From the IMG/VR virus record IMGVR_UViG_3300037424_001811, positions 1 through 44,678 of that record: 44,678 nucleotides of DNA; one strand, written 5' to 3'. Below are positions 15,541 through 24,992 of the stretch, one piece after another (the stretch's first letter is position 1; each line of letters opens with the position of its first letter). The position numbers were made by a program, and so were the translations under genes. The DNA is from a virus. Taxonomy: Duplodnaviria; Caudoviricetes. Below the pieces are notes generated by a model. It had not been told where the DNA came from. It did no database searches and saw only the letters and a program-made list of their open reading frames with translations.

Positions 15541-17442
15541 CTACGGCGTCGCCAGGTAATAGCCAACGACATTCAAATACGTGCTGGCCGTCCCCGACCC
15601 ACTGGCTATTTCTCGCATATCAAAGCGGCGGTTGATGAGTGAGACACTATCTGAAATCGAATTAATTGCGCTGGACGGTTGACTGAAGGCGATAGCTGTT
15701 TGTTTGTTGACATTAAATGCCTCATGGGGATGCGCTGCAAACACGCCTCCACCAGCACTGGCACTACTGTCCAACTGTTGCACAAATAATTGAATTGCTC
15801 GTGCCAGCAGTGGAATTTCACTTTGCTGGCTCAAATCCAGGTCAATAGCCTTGTCACTTCCACCCGTCGTGACTGTTTGGCTCTCGATGGTGAGTGTGTC
15901 ACCGTTGGCCCAGGCGTCGGCAGTCGAAACCGTTGTAATGGTGTTTGTGCCGGTATTATTGCTTTCAATCAGCCGACCCGTTCCCCGGGTCGTATTCCAT
16001 AAAATCATCTTGGCCAGTTGGCCAGACGCTTCCGGGGTGATAATATCCTCGCTGCCAGAAACGGGGGTGTAAACGACGCTCGTAGCCGATGGCGCGCCAT
16101 TGATGGTGGCTGTGAATGCCGCCGTGCTGTGGCTGAGGCAAGAAAACAGGCGGGTATTTGAGGTGTACGGCACGAACCTGGTGCCACACAATAGCAGCGC
16201 CTCGACAAACCCTCCGCTCCCCGCCGCCAAACACACCGCGAAAATCTCCGGCCTCATCGTCGTTTGCGCCGCTGCGTCACCTGCGCTGGTGGAGGTTACG
16301 AGGTAATCCCCGGCTGCCGGAGCCGAGCCGGTATAGGCGACGGTTGCATTGCCGGTATTTTTGACGAGAATGTGGGAGTTGTTTGGCCCGCCAACCGTGA
16401 CCACGTGCCACGCCACACTGTCGTTAGCTGTCGTGGTCGTTTTGAATTCACCATCCTCATTGACGTAGCCGACATCGCCGTAAGCCACCGCCCCGCCGGA
16501 GGTATTTAGCGCAACCTTGCCACAGTCCCGACCTTTGTCATCCAGGGCTGTACCTCGCACCGTACCCCCGCCAGAGCTATCAATTGTCACTCCGCTGGCT
16601 ATCCGCACGTTGCGTAATTCAATTACCGCACTCGCGTGCGCTGTGACCAGCTTCCCGGCCAGCACCTCACCACCTTCTACCACGCAAGTTGAACCAGCCG
16701 TGTGCAGGTAAATGGCATAATTCAAAATTGTGCCCCCGAAAATATTGACCTTACAATTCCTCAACAGCGAATCACCCGCTGACTGACTGAGGCCGATGTG
16801 GTTTCCATCTGTGCCGGTCGTGTGGACAATTGCCACATTGTCTAAAACTAATGCGGCCTGGTCTGTTGCCAGGTTGGTTGATGTGCCGGCCCCTGTCCCC
16901 CCGGTGTGCTGGATAGTCAAACTTTTCAGGGTGACTGGCGTATCAGAGACGGTCATCACCACGCTGCTGTCATCCGCCCGAGTGATGATGGTTTTCTCTG
17001 GGGCTAATCCGATGATAGCCACCGCATCGGCAACGGCCTCACCCCCGGCCACATTCGGCGCGGTCAGCGTCCCCGCGTCGAGCAGGATTTCCCAGCTGTC
17101 CACGGCGGCGGCCAGAGCATCCGTCAGCGAGGCATAATCTGCTCCGGCGGCGGATGATACCGACTTGATTTTATCGTATGACCAGCCACCCGCTGCCGCC
17201 GCCGACGCCCCGCTGGTTCCCACGATCACGTACTGCATGGCCCCCGTCGTTCGCCGCTGCACCGCCACAAACGCCCCCGCAGATAGCGCCGGGAACCCCG
17301 TCCACCAGGCGTAGACCCGCGCCCCGTCCCCGCCCGGCAACTCCACGACCACCGCCTTGGGCGCGGCCCCGGTGGGGATGCTGATGATTTCGCACGGCTC
17401 AATCGTCCGGTCGAATTGCCCCAATTTGGTCACATCATACAT
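15541..17442 (-). CDS. Tail fibre/spike with pectin-lyase-like beta-helix region
   Basis: ADYASLTDALAAA, repeated beta-strand G/T/S-rich segments; last large gene of the tail module. Confidence 0.7.
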   Translation of the reverse strand: MYDVTKLGQFDRTIEPCEIISIPTGAAPKAVVVELPGGDGARVYAWWTGFPALSAGAFVAVQRRTTGAMQYVIVGTSGASAAAAGGWSYDKIKSVSSAAGADYASLTDALAAAVDSWEILLDAGTLTAPNVAGGEAVADAVAIIGLAPEKTIITRADDSSVVMTVSDTPVTLKSLTIQHTGGTGAGTSTNLATDQAALVLDNVAIVHTTGTDGNHIGLSQSAGDSLLRNCKVNIFGGTILNYAIYLHTAGSTCVVEGGEVLAGKLVTAHASAVIELRNVRIASGVTIDSSGGGTVRGTALDDKGRDCGKVALNTSGGAVAYGDVGYVNEDGEFKTTTTANDSVAWHVVTVGGPNNSHILVKNTGNATVAYTGSAPAAGDYLVTSTSAGDAAAQTTMRPEIFAVCLAAGSGGFVEALLLCGTRFVPYTSNTRLFSCLSHSTAAFTATINGAPSATSVVYTPVSGSEDIITPEASGQLAKMILWNTTRGTGRLIESNNTGTNTITTVSTADAWANGDTLTIESQTVTTGGSDKAIDLDLSQQSEIPLLARAIQLFVQQLDSSASAGGGVFAAHPHEAFNVNKQTAIAFSQPSSAINSISDSVSLINRRFDMREIASGSGTASTYLNVVGYYLATP

Positions 17443-18577
17443 TGGCGTATTCCAGGGTGAGCGTAGCCGTCGCCCGGCGGCGCTCCGGCTCAAGATTGAT
17501 ATTGATCCCGTAGACAAAAAACGCCTGCGCTGACAGGCTCAGATGGACCCCGCCGCCGGTATCGGCATCCGCCGCCGCGCCGTCGTAGGTCACCAGCAGC
17601 CGGTCCCCCAGATCCAGCCCCGCGCCGTCGTCGCCAAACAGAGCCAGCCCGGCGTCCACATTGACTGTGAGTGTGTAGGGCCTCGTGAGCCACTTGTACA
17701 GCCGCTCCGCCAGCGTGTCGGCCCGCGCCTGGCTCTGGGCCCAAATACCGCTTTTTTTCTCGAAAATCTTGCCACTGGCGGGGCTGGCCGGGTACTGGGC
17801 ATTGTAGATGTTAGCCGGCCGGATACCGGCCACGATCTGCACCTGCCCGATCTGCTGCCCTGGCTGATTATTGATATACTGCACCCCCACCGCGCCCCGG
17901 ATCAGGGATGTGTCCAGCGTTCCTTTGGCCGTCGGGGCCGGGCTGATGAATGCCGGCGCCGGCGTGTAGACCAGCGAGCCATCGCGCTTGCAATAAATCC
18001 GGTAGAATTCCCCGCCGCCCTCCTCGCCGCCGCCTATTTGTTGCAGCGTGGCCCATAGGTTGGTCGTGCTGTTGACGATAAAGTAATCACCGGCGGTGTC
18101 AAATAAGGTACTGCTGGCGTCAAAGTCCAGCACGGTCAATACCCCCTCCGGTGAGCCATCGCCCGCGCTGCCATCGGCGTCGTAGACGAAATTAGTATGG
18201 CTCTTGAGGATGTGCTGAATCATCGTGGAGAAGCGCCAGCTCGTGGCCTCGTGGCTGTTGGACGGGCTGGCTACAACGGCAAAACTCACATCCTGCAATG
18301 AGCCGCCGGTCAGCAAGTTGTCAACCGTCCCAAACTGAAACGTCGCCTGGCTGCTGTAGCGGTCAAAGGAAAAATTGGGCAATCCCATCACGTAACCGTC
18401 AAATGCCAGCCGGTGCGCCGGGTCCACCCAGCCGGCCAGCGAGCGCCCCCGGTATTGGAGGTATCGCCCCGTGGTCACCGCGTCCGTGTCGCCGTCCACC
18501 CGGGCGGTCATGATCCAGCCGCCGCGCCGCAGATCGCCGTTGAGGGAAACGGGGATGATTTCGGGCCTACGCAACAT
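17435..18577 (-). CDS. Minor tail protein (tail-tip hub-like)
   Basis: Position after distal-tail genes; LDLGDRLLVTY motif typical of hub C-termini. Confidence 0.6.
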   Translation of the reverse strand: MLRRPEIIPVSLNGDLRRGGWIMTARVDGDTDAVTTGRYLQYRGRSLAGWVDPAHRLAFDGYVMGLPNFSFDRYSSQATFQFGTVDNLLTGGSLQDVSFAVVASPSNSHEATSWRFSTMIQHILKSHTNFVYDADGSAGDGSPEGVLTVLDFDASSTLFDTAGDYFIVNSTTNLWATLQQIGGGEEGGGEFYRIYCKRDGSLVYTPAPAFISPAPTAKGTLDTSLIRGAVGVQYINNQPGQQIGQVQIVAGIRPANIYNAQYPASPASGKIFEKKSGIWAQSQARADTLAERLYKWLTRPYTLTVNVDAGLALFGDDGAGLDLGDRLLVTYDGAAADADTGGGVHLSLSAQAFFVYGININLEPERRRATATLTLEYANV

Positions 18578-19172
18578 AGCCCACCTCTAGCCCTGCCACA
18601 TTCGTGGCTGCCACCAGGTTGGCCCCGGTAATATTGCTGAAATACGTCCCGCTATTTGGGCTGTAAAGCAGGTTGGCTGCCCCGGTCACCTGCCCGGCAG
18701 CATAGACCCGATGTTTTTCTATTTCGGCTTGCCACACCACCGCCAGGGCCGTTGCATTGAAACCCAATGCCGCGTTGAGGCTGACCCAGTTAGCCCCGGC
18801 GTCAATGGTGCGTAGTAAGTCCTGGTCAGTGTTGATGGTGATGATGATTTCATCTGCATTGCTGGGGTTGACCGCCAGCCCGTTGACCACCTTCGTCGTT
18901 AGCCCCGTCGGGCTGATATTGGTGTTCGCCCCGCTGCTGACCGTGTGCAAAATGACCTGTACCCCGCTGCCGAAATTGCCGTAAAAGAGCATCAGGTCTG
19001 CATTGCCGGGGACCTGGGCCACGTTGGCCGCTGTGCCCGCAGCAGGATTATAGGCTGCTGTCCAGGCGGATAGGTCCGCGTGGGCGCAGCGAGCGATAAC
19101 CGGTTGGCCACTGGCATTTTCCAGGGCCAGAAAAATATAATTTCCATCGGCAGACACGGTAATGGCGCTCAT
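18567..19172 (-). CDS. Minor tail protein, BNR/beta-propeller-like
   Basis: RTIDAGANW, YSPNSG Asp-box-like motifs. Confidence 0.6.
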   Translation of the reverse strand: MSAITVSADGNYIFLALENASGQPVIARCAHADLSAWTAAYNPAAGTAANVAQVPGNADLMLFYGNFGSGVQVILHTVSSGANTNISPTGLTTKVVNGLAVNPSNADEIIITINTDQDLLRTIDAGANWVSLNAALGFNATALAVVWQAEIEKHRVYAAGQVTGAANLLYSPNSGTYFSNITGANLVAATNVAGLEVGYVA

Positions 19173-20284
19173 ACCATCACGCTCCCCGGAATTCCCGCCG
19201 CGTTGCGGGTGAAGCCGTAATTAGTCCCCTCGGCAGCAAATGCTTCACTCCGGCCATAGATAGCCGCCTGCGCTCCCAGCGCCGCGAACAGGAAGCCCTC
19301 ATTACTACTCAGTTTGACCACATGAGTAATACCCGCCGTGCCGCCGGTGATCGTTTCCGGCGTTGCCCAAACCCCCGCCGCCAATAGCGCAAAATCCCCA
19401 TTGTGGTCTCCAGCCTGTTGGCTGGTAAAGCCGATTGTCGTTACCGGAAATATCTCGATCCCGCCCTGCTGGTGGTCGGTCGGCGTCACCCAGGTGTCAC
19501 CCAGGTTGGAAGCATATTTCCAGATCGTGCCGGAACTGGTCACTAACGACCAGTGAAAAACATCTCTGAGATAACTCACCCCTCTTAGCCATTGGTCCGT
19601 TGGCGTCCACGCCCCCCCGGTAAATGTGGCGCTTTGGGTAATACTGAACGTGCCCGCCGCCCACTCAAACCAGCGATAAACCGCATCGGGGTCAGGGTCA
19701 GAAATATTATGAGATGAGCTATCGATAAAAACCGGGCTTATCCCCTGGCCGTATGTAGTGGAAAATCTAGACGGTTGCCCAATAGGAGCAGGTGAATTGC
19801 CAACCGTCGCTGCGCTCCAGCTTGAACCATCGGCGCTATATTCGGCCCAGGTGAAATTGTAGTCAATCCGGCTGGTCGGAGCGACGATCAAATAAGCAGC
19901 ATCGCAGTATAGTGCATATTTAGCCGCCACATCAGGAGAGGCCATAGCCAGGCATTCAGTCCAGCTTGTGCCGGCTCCGCTGTACCTGTAAACTCTCACA
20001 TTGTTAGCATCGGTTGTAAACACAACGGCGTACAGGTTGCTCTCAAACCATTGGATACTTGAGCCGACCAGCCCCCCGCCGGCATTAGCGGTAAGCTGGG
20101 GACTTGTACCGCCCCACGAGGCAGCATTGGAAATCTGTGAAACAGAGTCCAGTGAGACATCGTACTTGAAAACGTGATACTCCGCCCCGCCGCCGTATTG
20201 AACGAAATAAATATCCGTTCCATCCGTGCAAACCGAGTTGAAATCAAATGTGGTTAGATTCTGTAATAGCGCCCACGTTGCCAT
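19169..20284 (-). CDS. Minor tail protein, beta-propeller-like (possible receptor binding)
   Basis: YSADGSSW, SNLGDTW motifs; lower GC than neighbours. Confidence 0.6.
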   Translation of the reverse strand: MATWALLQNLTTFDFNSVCTDGTDIYFVQYGGGAEYHVFKYDVSLDSVSQISNAASWGGTSPQLTANAGGGLVGSSIQWFESNLYAVVFTTDANNVRVYRYSGAGTSWTECLAMASPDVAAKYALYCDAAYLIVAPTSRIDYNFTWAEYSADGSSWSAATVGNSPAPIGQPSRFSTTYGQGISPVFIDSSSHNISDPDPDAVYRWFEWAAGTFSITQSATFTGGAWTPTDQWLRGVSYLRDVFHWSLVTSSGTIWKYASNLGDTWVTPTDHQQGGIEIFPVTTIGFTSQQAGDHNGDFALLAAGVWATPETITGGTAGITHVVKLSSNEGFLFAALGAQAAIYGRSEAFAAEGTNYGFTRNAAGIPGSVMV

Positions 20285-20291
20285 AATGCCT

Positions 20292-21152
20292 CTAGATACT
20301 CACCTGCGCATTGCTCCATGATGCGCCGTAATCGTCCGATTTATAGAGCCACGTCCTAAGCGGGCTAACTGTTGCCCGCATCAGGTACACCCGGCGGGAG
20401 TCCTGCGGGTCAAAGGCCACGTCGATTTGGTCAAGGTCTGCCGTAGCCGGCGCGGGGTCGTCCCCGGCGCTGTTATCCGGCGCGCCCAGCGTCGCCTTGC
20501 TAATATTCGTCCACGTGGCCCCGCCCGTCGTCGAATAGCTCACCCCGTCTTTGGTGGCCAGCCAGATGTGCTGCTGCGCCGCCGTCAGATCGGCGTAGGC
20601 CGGGTGGAGCCGCGCCGTCCTGATTTTGAGTTGATCCCCGCTCAGCCCGGTGTTGCTGGCCGTCGGCGTGCCGCCGTTGTCGCTGATGAACATCCCGCCC
20701 GCCGGCGTGGCGATGTATACCCGCTCCACCGGCACGACAACCTCCACCGTTATGAACACGTGCTGGCTCGGCGTGCTCAGTAGGTCGGTCACAAATGCCT
20801 CCACCGTGTAGACCCCCGCCGCATCGTAGACCACGTCCCCGGTTTTGGCCCCGGCCCACGCCGCCCCACTGATGTCGCCGATGTCGGTCGCCCCGCCCCA
20901 GTCGATGGTGTATGTGCTGATTGTGCTGGTGGCACTGCGGCTATTACTGATGTCCCAGGCGATGGCCTGCCCAAGAAATTGGATACGCGGAATCAGTGAC
21001 AGGTGACACACCGGCGGCTTGGTGGTGTAGATGGCCGGCGTTCCCATCGTTGGGTCGTCACAATAAAAACGGGCAACAAACACGCGCCCACTCCATATTT
21101 CCCCCTCGATTCCGGTTTCCCCGGCGTTCCTGAATCTATCCCAGGTTGCCAC
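20292..21152 (-). CDS. Minor tail protein with PKD-like domain and BNR repeats
   Basis: YTIDWG...YDAAGVYTVEAFVTD; SDNGG, STTGGATW, SDDYGASW. Confidence 0.68.
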   Translation of the reverse strand: MATWDRFRNAGETGIEGEIWSGRVFVARFYCDDPTMGTPAIYTTKPPVCHLSLIPRIQFLGQAIAWDISNSRSATSTISTYTIDWGGATDIGDISGAAWAGAKTGDVVYDAAGVYTVEAFVTDLLSTPSQHVFITVEVVVPVERVYIATPAGGMFISDNGGTPTASNTGLSGDQLKIRTARLHPAYADLTAAQQHIWLATKDGVSYSTTGGATWTNISKATLGAPDNSAGDDPAPATADLDQIDVAFDPQDSRRVYLMRATVSPLRTWLYKSDDYGASWSNAQVSI

Positions 21153-21154
21153 AG

Positions 21155-21487
21155 TTAGCTAATGTCCACTCGAAATTCAATCCGCACATCCACCGCCCGC
21201 CGCCCTGTCTGCGCACCAGATAGCGTTGTAATCTCCGCGCTGGTGTAGGTTGCGCCGTTGTTGACATCCCCAATGGCCGTTGTCGCCAGGCTAGTGAGCC
21301 TTTGCCCCTGTAGAGCTAGCAGGCTCAAAAAGACCGACATTTCCATCTGGCTGATGTCCCAGGTATGCAGCGCGTAGTTTTGCCAGGTAATCCCGCCCGG
21401 GGTGCGCCGCTTCTGGACGCGCTGCCACCCGGCAAAGACGCCGTAACAAGCTATGGTGGTGTTGACCACAAAAGTCGGTGTTGCCAT
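21155..21487 (-). CDS. Distal-tail-like protein, paralog B
   Basis: 110 aa after TMP; aligns by eye with 21488-21823. Confidence 0.55.
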   Translation of the reverse strand: MATPTFVVNTTIACYGVFAGWQRVQKRRTPGGITWQNYALHTWDISQMEMSVFLSLLALQGQRLTSLATTAIGDVNNGATYTSAEITTLSGAQTGRRAVDVRIEFRVDIS

Positions 21488-21823
21488 CTACACCCTCACC
21501 AAAAACTCGGCCGTCACCCCCGTCATCACCGGCCCCTCGTGCCGCCCGTCCAGCCGCTCGAATTCCGCCCCATAATAAGTTACATAATTGGCGGCGTTGC
21601 GGTCCCCATACGGCGGAACGGTGATGCTCACCCGCTGCCCTTCCAGGCCCCGCAAGGTGTTAAACTCTGTCGCGCTCAAAACCTCCGCCTTAGCCACCAG
21701 CCGCCGCCACCGGGCCAGCGGCATTGCCCCCGCGTGGTTTTGGTCGTCCCCCGCTTCGTCGATCCAATCGGGCCGGGTGATCCGGGCTATGGCCGTGCCG
21801 TTGATGCTGAATTGCTGGGCCAT
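21488..21823 (-). CDS. Distal-tail-like protein, paralog A
   Basis: 111 aa immediately after TMP. Confidence 0.55.
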   Translation of the reverse strand: MAQQFSINGTAIARITRPDWIDEAGDDQNHAGAMPLARWRRLVAKAEVLSATEFNTLRGLEGQRVSITVPPYGDRNAANYVTYYGAEFERLDGRHEGPVMTGVTAEFLVRV

Positions 21824-21856
21824 TTTTCATCCGCTCCTTTCGCCAATCCGCTGTTG

Positions 21857-24364
21857 CTACCCATTTGACCACGGCACGATCACCGTATCGTGATACTCCG
21901 CCACCCCCTGCTCCACCTTCCGCCGGATGATCGCCGCCAATTGTTCCCCGCCGATGCCGTTGACGTTGACCGTGATTTGCCCGCCCTGGCCTTGTGGCTG
22001 CACCGTCACCACCTCGTTCGGCGAGGCCCAAAACGAAACAAGCTGGCTGTCCACCCCGCCGGCCCCGCCGACGGTGAACGCGCCGCCGCTGGCAAAGCGC
22101 CGGCGCGGCCCGTGCGAAGTGCCGGCAGGGACCGGCCCGCGAGTGATTGGCGCGGAGGCGGAAGCGGGGGGCGACCAATTACCACCGGTGGCAGGGTTGG
22201 TGCGCGGCCCCTGGTTTCCCTGACCGGCCAGTGCCTCGTTAGCCAGTTCGTTGATCCGCTGGTTTTTTTCAAAACCTTCATTCATCCCCTCGGCATACGC
22301 CGCGCCCGTTTCCTCGCCCAGCGCGGCGGCCAGCGCCTTGGTTTCCTCCATTTCCTTGCGGGTCAGGTCCTTATTTTCGGTCAGTTTCTCGGCCAGGGCA
22401 GCGGTTTCCTCCGCGGCGGTTTCCTGGATTTCGGCCAGCCGTTCATCGCGGTTTTTTCTCAGATCGTCCAGTCGCTCCATGTGGGCCGCTTTTTCCTGAC
22501 CCAGCTCCTCCTGTAGCCGCTCCTGGTTAGCGGTCAGGGCCTCGGCGGCCTGATCACGGAGTTCCTGCATCCGTTCCTCGGCCTGCGCCTGGCGTTCCGT
22601 TTTTGCATCGGCTGCATCCTGGCGCATCCGGTCGATCTCAACCCGGCTATTTTCCGTTGCCGTTCGGTCCTCTTCGACCTGCTTTTCGGCCTCGATCTGT
22701 TTTTCGATGGCCCGCCGCCCCATCGCTTCCTGGATTTGGTTGAACGCGCCCTCGGCGGCCAGCTGGCGCATATCAAATTGAAATAGCCGTTCGTCACCCC
22801 GCGCATCGATACGCCGCTGGCGGGCCTGCTGGCGCTCCTGCCGGGCCTGGTCCTGTTGTTTGCGGCTGATGTCACGGGCAAGACCCTTCTCGATTTTGGC
22901 AATATCGGCGGCGGCGGATTTGTGCTCTTTGGCCAAATCCTTGACCAGGGTCTTTTGAATTTGAGCCTGCTCATCGGCGGCGCGTTTTTGGATAGCGGCT
23001 ACATTTTCCTGGTAATTTTCCCATTCTTCAGCCTCGGCCTTGAAGTAATCACCCCAGGTCTTTTTGGTATCCTCGGCGGCCTTTTTCTGAATTTCGATAA
23101 GGCCACGAGCCGCATCCTTGCGAGCAGCCTGAGCGGCTTCGGCTCGCTTGGCGGCTTCTGCGGCCCGATCCAGGGCGTCGCTATTTTTGTCGGTGGCAGT
23201 GGTATTGTCGTCTGTTTCGTCTGTAGTTTGCTTGAGAGTTTTGGCGTATTGGTCAGCCGCCTCCTTGGCTTTGCGGTGCTCCTCTGCTACTTCAGAAACA
23301 GCCTTGGCCAGGGCCTCATCGCTGATTGCGCTTCCTGCTACCTGCCCAAACGCCCCTCGCCGGGCTGTGGCGGCTATGCCCATCTCCTTGGCGGCGCGCT
23401 CCCTGGCTTCGGCCAGGATGCGCATATTCTCAATAGCCCCTTCCCAGGCTTTTGCGCCCTGCGCGAGTTTATCCAAAAAACCCGACGCAAAATCTGTTGC
23501 GACGCCGCTGCCGATGGTCAGTAATAGGCCGCCCATCGCCTCCTGTAATCGCCCGGCGCTAACCTCCATGTCCTTCATTCCGCCGGCGGCGTCGCGGGCT
23601 ACTTTGGCCTGGCCTGCAACCTGTTTTTCCAGTTTGGCCAGGATTACATTTTGTGCTTCTGCAGCTCGACCGGCCTTGAACAGGGCAGCTATCCGTTCTT
23701 CTTCGGCAGCGGTGAATGATATTCCGCTGCGCTTCAAGGCACTTATTTGCCCATCAAGAGCTTTACCAACGGCAATCGCGGCGCCTTGCAAATCACCGTC
23801 CATTAGTTCGGCCAGGTCTGCGGTGGCTTGTGTCGCGCGTGGGATCACGTCCCTCCCCACCTTATCGAAGGTCAAGAGTAGCCCTTGCGCGTGTGTAACG
23901 GCTTCATCTGTGAAATTGGAGTTATCTTCCAATGCCGTAGCCAGAACTGCCAATTGATCCTTGAAGCCGGCTGCTCCTTTGCCGGTGGAATTAAGAATCC
24001 CTAATAATTCTCGATCTGCGGCAATGGACTCTCTCGCTGCCTGCACCGCATCAAACCCGGCTTTCACCAAAACGCCAGTAGCTACAAGCGCGGCTTGGCC
24101 CCATTCCCGCTCGATTTTGACTTGCTTTTTACGCTCGCTAGCCAGGTCTTTATCAAGCCGGGCAGTCAAAGCGGTCACGCGTTGATGGCTTTGAATTTCC
24201 ATCTTGGCGCTATTGGCAATCAATTGCTCGCGGAATTTAAGCGCGCGCATCTGCTCCTGAGCATTGCGCATGGCCGTTTGCTGCGCGCTGTGGGCATCGC
24301 GTTCTAGTTGGTTAAAGCCGCGCCCGTCATATTGAGTTTTGATCGGGATTTTTACATCAGCCAT
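21857..24364 (-). CDS. Tape measure protein
   Basis: 835-aa Ala/Glu/Gln-rich helical protein; LLLTF...ATQATADLA...GKAL; C-terminal FASGG...E.V motif. Confidence 0.9.
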   Translation of the reverse strand: MADVKIPIKTQYDGRGFNQLERDAHSAQQTAMRNAQEQMRALKFREQLIANSAKMEIQSHQRVTALTARLDKDLASERKKQVKIEREWGQAALVATGVLVKAGFDAVQAARESIAADRELLGILNSTGKGAAGFKDQLAVLATALEDNSNFTDEAVTHAQGLLLTFDKVGRDVIPRATQATADLAELMDGDLQGAAIAVGKALDGQISALKRSGISFTAAEEERIAALFKAGRAAEAQNVILAKLEKQVAGQAKVARDAAGGMKDMEVSAGRLQEAMGGLLLTIGSGVATDFASGFLDKLAQGAKAWEGAIENMRILAEARERAAKEMGIAATARRGAFGQVAGSAISDEALAKAVSEVAEEHRKAKEAADQYAKTLKQTTDETDDNTTATDKNSDALDRAAEAAKRAEAAQAARKDAARGLIEIQKKAAEDTKKTWGDYFKAEAEEWENYQENVAAIQKRAADEQAQIQKTLVKDLAKEHKSAAADIAKIEKGLARDISRKQQDQARQERQQARQRRIDARGDERLFQFDMRQLAAEGAFNQIQEAMGRRAIEKQIEAEKQVEEDRTATENSRVEIDRMRQDAADAKTERQAQAEERMQELRDQAAEALTANQERLQEELGQEKAAHMERLDDLRKNRDERLAEIQETAAEETAALAEKLTENKDLTRKEMEETKALAAALGEETGAAYAEGMNEGFEKNQRINELANEALAGQGNQGPRTNPATGGNWSPPASASAPITRGPVPAGTSHGPRRRFASGGAFTVGGAGGVDSQLVSFWASPNEVVTVQPQGQGGQITVNVNGIGGEQLAAIIRRKVEQGVAEYHDTVIVPWSNG

Positions 24365-24379
24365 AATTCGACAGGTTCA

Positions 24380-24667
24380 CTATAAATCTAAACTCATCCT
24401 GAGTATTTCCAATGTCCAGTCATCCAGTTCGGCTAAATCCGCTGCCGATAGGCCAAAACGCGGCCAGGTAACGGCAGCTAAATCGAGTAGTTCGTTGAGT
24501 TCAACGTATTCGGGGAATTCGGCAGCCAGCGTGTGGGAAAACTGCCGGCTCAACGCGGGGGATGGTTTGACCGTCTGCGTCTTGCCGGCTACGGTGACGG
24601 ACTGTTCGCCTCGCCAGCGCCTTGCGCTGTCGAGGAGTTCGCGGAAACGAGCCGCTTCCTGGCGAAA
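24380..24667 (-). CDS. Tail assembly chaperone, -1 frameshift extension (gpGT-like)
   Basis: Open -1 frame entered at slippery T TTT TTC (24670-24664); directly upstream of TMP. Confidence 0.72.
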   Translation of the reverse strand, partial: FRQEAARFRELLDSARRWRGEQSVTVAGKTQTVKPSPALSRQFSHTLAAEFPEYVELNELLDLAAVTWPRFGLSAADLAELDDWTLEILRMSLDL

Positions 24668-24981
24668 AAACGGTAATCGTAATCCCAAAATGCCTCGACC
24701 AGGTCGAGCAGAAAGCCCTCGCCCAGCGCCTCGCGCAGTGCCTCGGCGTCGGCTTGGGTGGTCAGGGGGTAGGCGTCGCCATTCTGGGAGACGGACATAA
24801 ATAACTGCGGGATGAATTCAACCGTCTTGGCCGGGTCATAGCCGGTCTTGAACCATTGCTGCAACTCGGCGGTTAGTTTGTCGTTGATCCGCCCGCTGGC
24901 CTCGAAAGTCAGGGGCGGATTGCAGTAGAGTTCGAGATCGTCAGTGGTGACAACTCGAATAGTTTTCGCTTTTAAATTCAT
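24589..24981 (-). CDS. Tail assembly chaperone (gpG-like)
   Basis: Between tail tube and TMP; GGAGG RBS; slippery site near 3' end. Confidence 0.75.
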   Translation of the reverse strand: MNLKAKTIRVVTTDDLELYCNPPLTFEASGRINDKLTAELQQWFKTGYDPAKTVEFIPQLFMSVSQNGDAYPLTTQADAEALREALGEGFLLDLVEAFWDYDYRFFARKRLVSANSSTAQGAGEANSPSP

Positions 24982-24992
24982 AGCGTAGCCTC

